Shown here: positions 59,730 through 64,000 of the stretch, in pieces | Position numbering within the stretch: the first letter of the stretch is position 1 | Layout: every line of letters begins with the position of its first letter | Assembly: GCA_964647615.1 (NCBI GenBank) | Contig: CAZYIV010000004.1 | Span: 6,236 to 70,235 of the forward strand | Origin: an uncultured Gemmatimonadaceae bacterium | GTDB lineage: Bacteria; Gemmatimonadota; Gemmatimonadetes; Gemmatimonadales; GWC2-71-9 | Reading direction: 5' to 3' | Length of the DNA: 64,000 nt | Translations under genes and position numbers: made by a program | The notes under the pieces: generated by a model | The model's database searches: none | The model's input: the letters and a program-made list of their open reading frames with translations, nothing else | What the model was told of the DNA's origin: nothing

Positions 59730-61325
59730 ATGTCCCAGTCTCCCCTGCGTCTCCTCCTCCCCTGCCTCGTGGTGCCGGCCCTGCTGGCCTGCGGCGGGGG
59801 CAACGACCAGTCCACGGGGCCGGGCGGGGGTGGCACACCACCCCCCGGCCGCCCCACCCTCCCCTCCAGCTACCGCCCCACGGGGCACATGGCGGCGGGT
59901 GACGTGGCGGTGCACCTGTTCGACTGGCCCTGGCCCGATATCGCCACCGAGTGCGAGAACGTGCTCGGCCCCGCCGGAGTCCGGGCGGTGCAGGTCTCGC
60001 CGCCCAACGAGCACAGCATCACCCCGACTCACGACTGGAGCGAACGCTACCAGCCGGTGAGCTACAGCCTGGCCCGGAGCCGCTCGGGGACGGGCACCGA
60101 GTTCGCCGACATGGTCACCCGCTGCCATGCCGCGGGGGTGGACATCATCGTGGACGCGGTGATCAACCACATGACCAACTTCCCGAGCCCGGGAGTGGGC
60201 AGCAACGGCACCGCCTACTCCAAGTACGACTATCCCGGGCTCTGGACCCAGGCTGACTTCCACTCGCCCTGCACGGTCACCAACTACCAGAGCGCCGCCA
60301 ACGTGCAGGACTGCGAGCTGCTCGGCCTGCCCGACCTCAACACCGGTCTGCCGGCCGTACGGCAGACCCTCGCCAACTATCTCCTGGCCCTGATGGACGT
60401 GGGGGTCGCCGGATTCCGGATTGATGCCGCCAAGCACATCCAGCAGGTGGAACTGGACGACATCCTCGCCCGGGTCAACCAGGCCCGCACCGCGGCGGGC
60501 AAGTCGCTGCCGTACGTCTATCTCGAGGTGATCGGCGGGAACGGCGAGGCCCTGGGCCCCGGCGACTACTTCGGCGAGGGGTACGCCTCGGGTGGCGCGG
60601 CGGACATCACCGAGTTCACGGTGACCGGCGTGGGCAACAAGTTTCTCAATGCCAACGGGGAGCACATCAGCCAGCTGAACCCGACCGGCCCCCCGGGTGC
60701 CCGGTTCTCCGAGACCGCCTGGGGTCTCATGCCGAGCAACAAGGCGGTGGTGTTCCTGGAGAACCACGACACCCAGCACAACTGCGGGCTGAGCTACCGC
60801 GACGGCGACCGCTTCCGGCTGGCCAACGTCTGGCTGCTGGCCCAGCCGTATGGCTACCCGCTGATCCTCTCCAGCTTTGCCTTCAGCTGCCCGGGCGGGA
60901 ACAGCATGGGCCCCCCCTCCGACGGCAACGGCTGGACCCTGCCGGTCACCTGCGCCACCAGCCTGGAGACGGCGGTGGTGGGGCAGTTCGTCTGCGAGCA
61001 TCGCGACCCGGCCATCCTCACCATGGTCCGCTTCCGGAAGCTCGTCGCCGGCACCCCGGTGACCCACTGGTGGGACAACGGGGCCAATGCCATCGCCTTT
61101 GCGCGCGGGAGCGTGGGCTTCGTGGCGATCAACCGCGAGCCCGACAGCCTCAACGTGACCCTCCCGACCGGGCTGGTGCCCGGCACCTACTGCGACCGCA
61201 TTTCCGGCGGCCCCGGGGCGGGGAGCTGCGTGGGGACCACGCTGGTGGTGGATTCCACCGGGCAGCTGCCGCTCCAGCTCCCGCCGATGACGGCCATCGC
61301 GATTGACTCGGCCACGCGGATGTAG
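59730..61325 (+). CDS. Alpha-amylase (GH13), lipoprotein
   Basis: 531 aa from ATG 59730 (GTG 59706 also possible). Lipobox PALLAC. GH13 regions DAVINH, GFRIDAAKH, EVIG, FLENHD. Confidence 0.93.
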   Translation: MSQSPLRLLLPCLVVPALLACGGGNDQSTGPGGGGTPPPGRPTLPSSYRPTGHMAAGDVAVHLFDWPWPDIATECENVLGPAGVRAVQVSPPNEHSITPTHDWSERYQPVSYSLARSRSGTGTEFADMVTRCHAAGVDIIVDAVINHMTNFPSPGVGSNGTAYSKYDYPGLWTQADFHSPCTVTNYQSAANVQDCELLGLPDLNTGLPAVRQTLANYLLALMDVGVAGFRIDAAKHIQQVELDDILARVNQARTAAGKSLPYVYLEVIGGNGEALGPGDYFGEGYASGGAADITEFTVTGVGNKFLNANGEHISQLNPTGPPGARFSETAWGLMPSNKAVVFLENHDTQHNCGLSYRDGDRFRLANVWLLAQPYGYPLILSSFAFSCPGGNSMGPPSDGNGWTLPVTCATSLETAVVGQFVCEHRDPAILTMVRFRKLVAGTPVTHWWDNGANAIAFARGSVGFVAINREPDSLNVTLPTGLVPGTYCDRISGGPGAGSCVGTTLVVDSTGQLPLQLPPMTAIAIDSATRM

Positions 61326-61392
61326 CCCGCCGCGGGGGCGGCGCCCCCGCCCCCCGCGCCGGGCCGACCCACCTACCGAAGGAGCACCACCG

Positions 61393-62745
61393 ATGCGGAC
61401 CCAGCTCGCGGCCGTGGTCACCGGGATCGCCCTCGAGGCCGGCACCCTCGCCGCACCGCACCCGCTCGCCGCCCAGGACGCCTCCTGGGTGGCGCGGAGC
61501 GCGCTCTACGAGGTCTTCATCCAGGATTTCTCCACCCGGGGGGATCTCGAGGGCGTCCGGGAGGGGCTGGCCCGGATCGAGGCCACCGGCGCCAACGTGG
61601 TCTGGCTGATGCCGGTGCATCCGATCGGGGTGAAGGAACGGAAGGGCGTCCTGGGGTCGCCCTACGCCGCCCAGGACTACCGGGCCATCAACCCGAGCTA
61701 CGGCACCGCCGCGGACTTCAAGCGGCTGGTGGACGCCGCCCACACCCGCGGCCTGAAGGTCATACTCGACTGGGTCCCCGACCACACCGCGGTGGACCAC
61801 CCCTGGGTGACCCAGCACCCCGACTGGTACTTCCACACCGCCGACGGTGGGCTCGCCACCCCGCGTGACACCGACGGCAAGCTCACCGACTGGACCGACG
61901 TGGCCCAGCTCGACTACGGCAACCCGGCGGTGCGGCAGGAGATGATCGCCACCATGCGCTGGTGGCTGACCGAGTTCGGGCTGGACGGCTTCCGGGTGGA
62001 CGTCGCGGGGTTCGTGCCCTACGACTTCTGGAGCGAGGCGATCCCCCAGCTCCGGGCCAGCGTGCCGCGGCGGCTGCTGCTGCTCGCCGAATGGGGCGAC
62101 ACCGAGCTCAACCGCCGCGGCTTCGACCTGGTCTACGCGTGGGACTCCTACAAGCGGGTGAAGGCGGTGTGGCGGGGCGACAGTGCCGCCGGCTTCATCC
62201 CCGGCGAGATCGCCGACCTGGTGGTGATGCCCCCGGGCGGGATGAAGATGCGCTTCAGCACCAATCACGACGAAACCGCGTGGGATGCGCCGCCCGTCAA
62301 GATCTTCGGCGGGGGCCCCGGGGCCCGGGCGGGCTTCGCGGCGATGGCCTTCCTGCCGGGGCGGCCGCTGCTCTACAACGGGCAGGAGGTCGAGAGCGGG
62401 CAGCAATTGCCGCTGTTCGAGCGGGAGCTGATCCAGTGGAACCAGCCCCACGCCGAGGCGGCGCGGGCCTTCTACCGGAAGGTGATGCAGCTCTGCCGCA
62501 CCGAACCCGACCTGCTCGGCGCCGACCTCGCCGACGTGGAGACCAGCGCCCCCGCCGACGTGATCGCCTTCCGGCGCGGGGATCTGGTGGTGCTGGTGAA
62601 CAGCCGCGATCGCGGGATGATGGTTTCCCTGCCGGGGACCGACGTCGCCGGATCCCGGAACCTGCTCACCGGCCGGACCCTCCGGGGCAACAGCCTGCGC
62701 CTGGCGCCCTACGGCGTGGTGCTGCTCAAGCCCCGGGGCAAGTAG
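61393..62745 (+). CDS. GH13 alpha-amylase family glycosidase, secreted
   Basis: 450 aa from ATG 61393, with AAGGAG upstream. Regions ILDWVPDH, GFRVDVAGF, LLAEWG, FSTNHDE. Confidence 0.9.
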   Translation: MRTQLAAVVTGIALEAGTLAAPHPLAAQDASWVARSALYEVFIQDFSTRGDLEGVREGLARIEATGANVVWLMPVHPIGVKERKGVLGSPYAAQDYRAINPSYGTAADFKRLVDAAHTRGLKVILDWVPDHTAVDHPWVTQHPDWYFHTADGGLATPRDTDGKLTDWTDVAQLDYGNPAVRQEMIATMRWWLTEFGLDGFRVDVAGFVPYDFWSEAIPQLRASVPRRLLLLAEWGDTELNRRGFDLVYAWDSYKRVKAVWRGDSAAGFIPGEIADLVVMPPGGMKMRFSTNHDETAWDAPPVKIFGGGPGARAGFAAMAFLPGRPLLYNGQEVESGQQLPLFERELIQWNQPHAEAARAFYRKVMQLCRTEPDLLGADLADVETSAPADVIAFRRGDLVVLVNSRDRGMMVSLPGTDVAGSRNLLTGRTLRGNSLRLAPYGVVLLKPRGK

Positions 62746-62747
62746 TC

Positions 62748-64000
62748 ATGCCGGCCACCATCCGCCCTCTGGCGGCGCTGGTCGTGCTGGGCACGCTGGC
62801 GGCGGCTCCCGCCGCGGCGCAGCGCCAGCGGCTCAGCCTCGACGCCGGGTGGCAGTTCACCCTCGGCGACCCGGCGGGCGCCGAGGTGCCCGGCTTCGAC
62901 GCCCGAAACTGGCGCACCCTCGACCTGCCACACGACTGGAGCATCGAGGGCACACCCGCGGAAGATGCACCGGGGGGCGGCCGGATCGGGTTCTTCCCGA
63001 CCGGTATCGGCTGGTACCGGAAGGTGTTCCGGCTGCCGCGCACTGCGAAGGGCCAGCAGGTCTCGGTCGAGTTCGACGGGATCTACATGAACAGCGACGT
63101 GTGGCTCAACGGCGTGCACCTCGGCCAGCGGCCGTACGGCTACATCAGCCTCGCCTACGACCTCACGCCGCACCTCAAGCCGGGCGACAACGTGCTCGCG
63201 GTGCGGGTGGACAATTCGGCCCAGCCCAGCTCCCGGTGGTACACCGGCAGCGGCATCTACCGCCACACCTGGCTCACGATCACCGACCCGCTGCACCTGG
63301 AACGCTGGGGGACCTGGGTCGCCACGCCGAGCGCCGACACCACCCGCGGGGTGGTGGTGGTCCGCGGCGGTGTGCGGAATGACGGGGTGCGTGCCCGCGA
63401 GGCCACACTCCGGTGGCTGCTGCTCGATCCCCAAGGCGCCGAGGTGGGGCGGGTGGAGCAGCCGTTCTCGCTCGCGCCCGGCAGCGACACCACCCTGGAG
63501 CGGGCGGTGGAACTGACCCGCCCCCGGCTCTGGTCCCCGGCGGACCCGGCGCTCTACACCCTGCGCTCCGAGGTGGTCGAGGGGCGCCGCGTCACCGATG
63601 CGACCGAGACGACCTTCGGAGTGCGCACCGCCGCCTTCGACGCCGATCGCGGCTTCCTGCTCAACGGCGAGCGGGTCAAGCTCCGCGGGGTGAACCTGCA
63701 CCACGAGGCCGGCGCGCTCGGCGCGGCGGTGCCGGAGCGGGTGTGGGAGGTCCGGCTGCAGGCACTCCAGGCGATGGGCGTCAATGCCATCCGCACCTCG
63801 CACAATCCCCCCGCGCCCGAGTTCCTCGACCTGTGCGACCGCCTGGGCCTCATGGTGATGGACGAGGCCTTCGACGAGTGGACCCTCGGCAAGGTGCCGG
63901 CGGGCTACCACAACTACTTCGACGAGTGGGCCGACCGGGACGTGACCGACATGGTGCGCCGGGACCGGGGCCACCCCTCGGTGGTGCTGTGGAGCGCCGG
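62748..64000 (+). CDS. Glycoside hydrolase family 2 (beta-galactosidase-like), 5' partial, continues past the window
   Basis: Not in the ORF track because it is open-ended. My translation from ATG 62748 gives MPATIRPLAALVVLGTLAAAPAAAQRQRLSLDAGWQFTLGD...WRTLDLPHDWSIEG...GVNAIRTSHNPPAPEFLDLCDRLGLMVMDEAFDEW. Confidence 0.9.
   Translation, partial: MPATIRPLAALVVLGTLAAAPAAAQRQRLSLDAGWQFTLGDPAGAEVPGFDARNWRTLDLPHDWSIEGTPAEDAPGGGRIGFFPTGIGWYRKVFRLPRTAKGQQVSVEFDGIYMNSDVWLNGVHLGQRPYGYISLAYDLTPHLKPGDNVLAVRVDNSAQPSSRWYTGSGIYRHTWLTITDPLHLERWGTWVATPSADTTRGVVVVRGGVRNDGVRAREATLRWLLLDPQGAEVGRVEQPFSLAPGSDTTLERAVELTRPRLWSPADPALYTLRSEVVEGRRVTDATETTFGVRTAAFDADRGFLLNGERVKLRGVNLHHEAGALGAAVPERVWEVRLQALQAMGVNAIRTSHNPPAPEFLDLCDRLGLMVMDEAFDEWTLGKVPAGYHNYFDEWADRDVTDMVRRDRGHPSVVLWSA

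Overview
This is a 64-kb, visibly very GC-rich, densely coding bacterial chromosomal segment. It holds roughly 47 protein genes, many joined by 1-8 nt ATGA/GTGA start-stop overlaps. I found no rRNA, tRNA, CRISPR array, transposase, integrase or phage genes. The gene content includes a SusC/SusD pair, an ADOP-type orphan FtsX permease, an ECF sigma with zf-HC2 anti-sigma and paired DUF4097 proteins, and many PAS/GAF hybrid kinases. This suggests a Gemmatimonadota/Acidobacteriota-like organism, which is inference only. The blocks are as follows. (1) An ABC ATPase and permease plus two paralogous anchored unknowns (149-3984). (2) Three translationally coupled giant hybrid kinase-REC-REC-HPt genes on the minus strand (3988-12349). 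The first-transcribed one has an HNOBA-like sensor and a kinase core lacking the phospho-accepting His. (3) An ECF sigma module (12358-15238). (4) A REC-GGDEF(degenerate)-REC / amino-acid permease / GAF-PAS hybrid kinase string (15245-20782), divergent from Lrp-EamA. (5) A sigma-54 activator followed by a sigma-54-type promoter and a small 4-Cys secreted protein (22504-24852). (6) An alpha-2-macroglobulin plus PBP1C pair (25180-33209). (7) An arginine operon argG-X-argC-argD-argF'-argB-M20-argH-argR (34109-43533) with no argA/argJ and an unassigned P-loop gene X. (8) A membrane hybrid kinase, a Kef-type antiporter and a lipoprotein. (9) Assorted small genes: orphan ADOP permease, cupin, Fet4-like, VOC, GNAT and DUF814. 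(10) A Sus-like starch locus (SusC/SusD-like, two GH13, one GH2), preceded by a 0.5-kb non-coding region with a promoter-like element, a long leader and a terminator-like hairpin. The best candidates for something new are gene X in the arg operon (possible missing glutamate N-acylating step), the HNOBA pseudo-kinase phosphorelay trio, and the structured susC leader. All functional calls come from reading motifs by eye; no searches were run.
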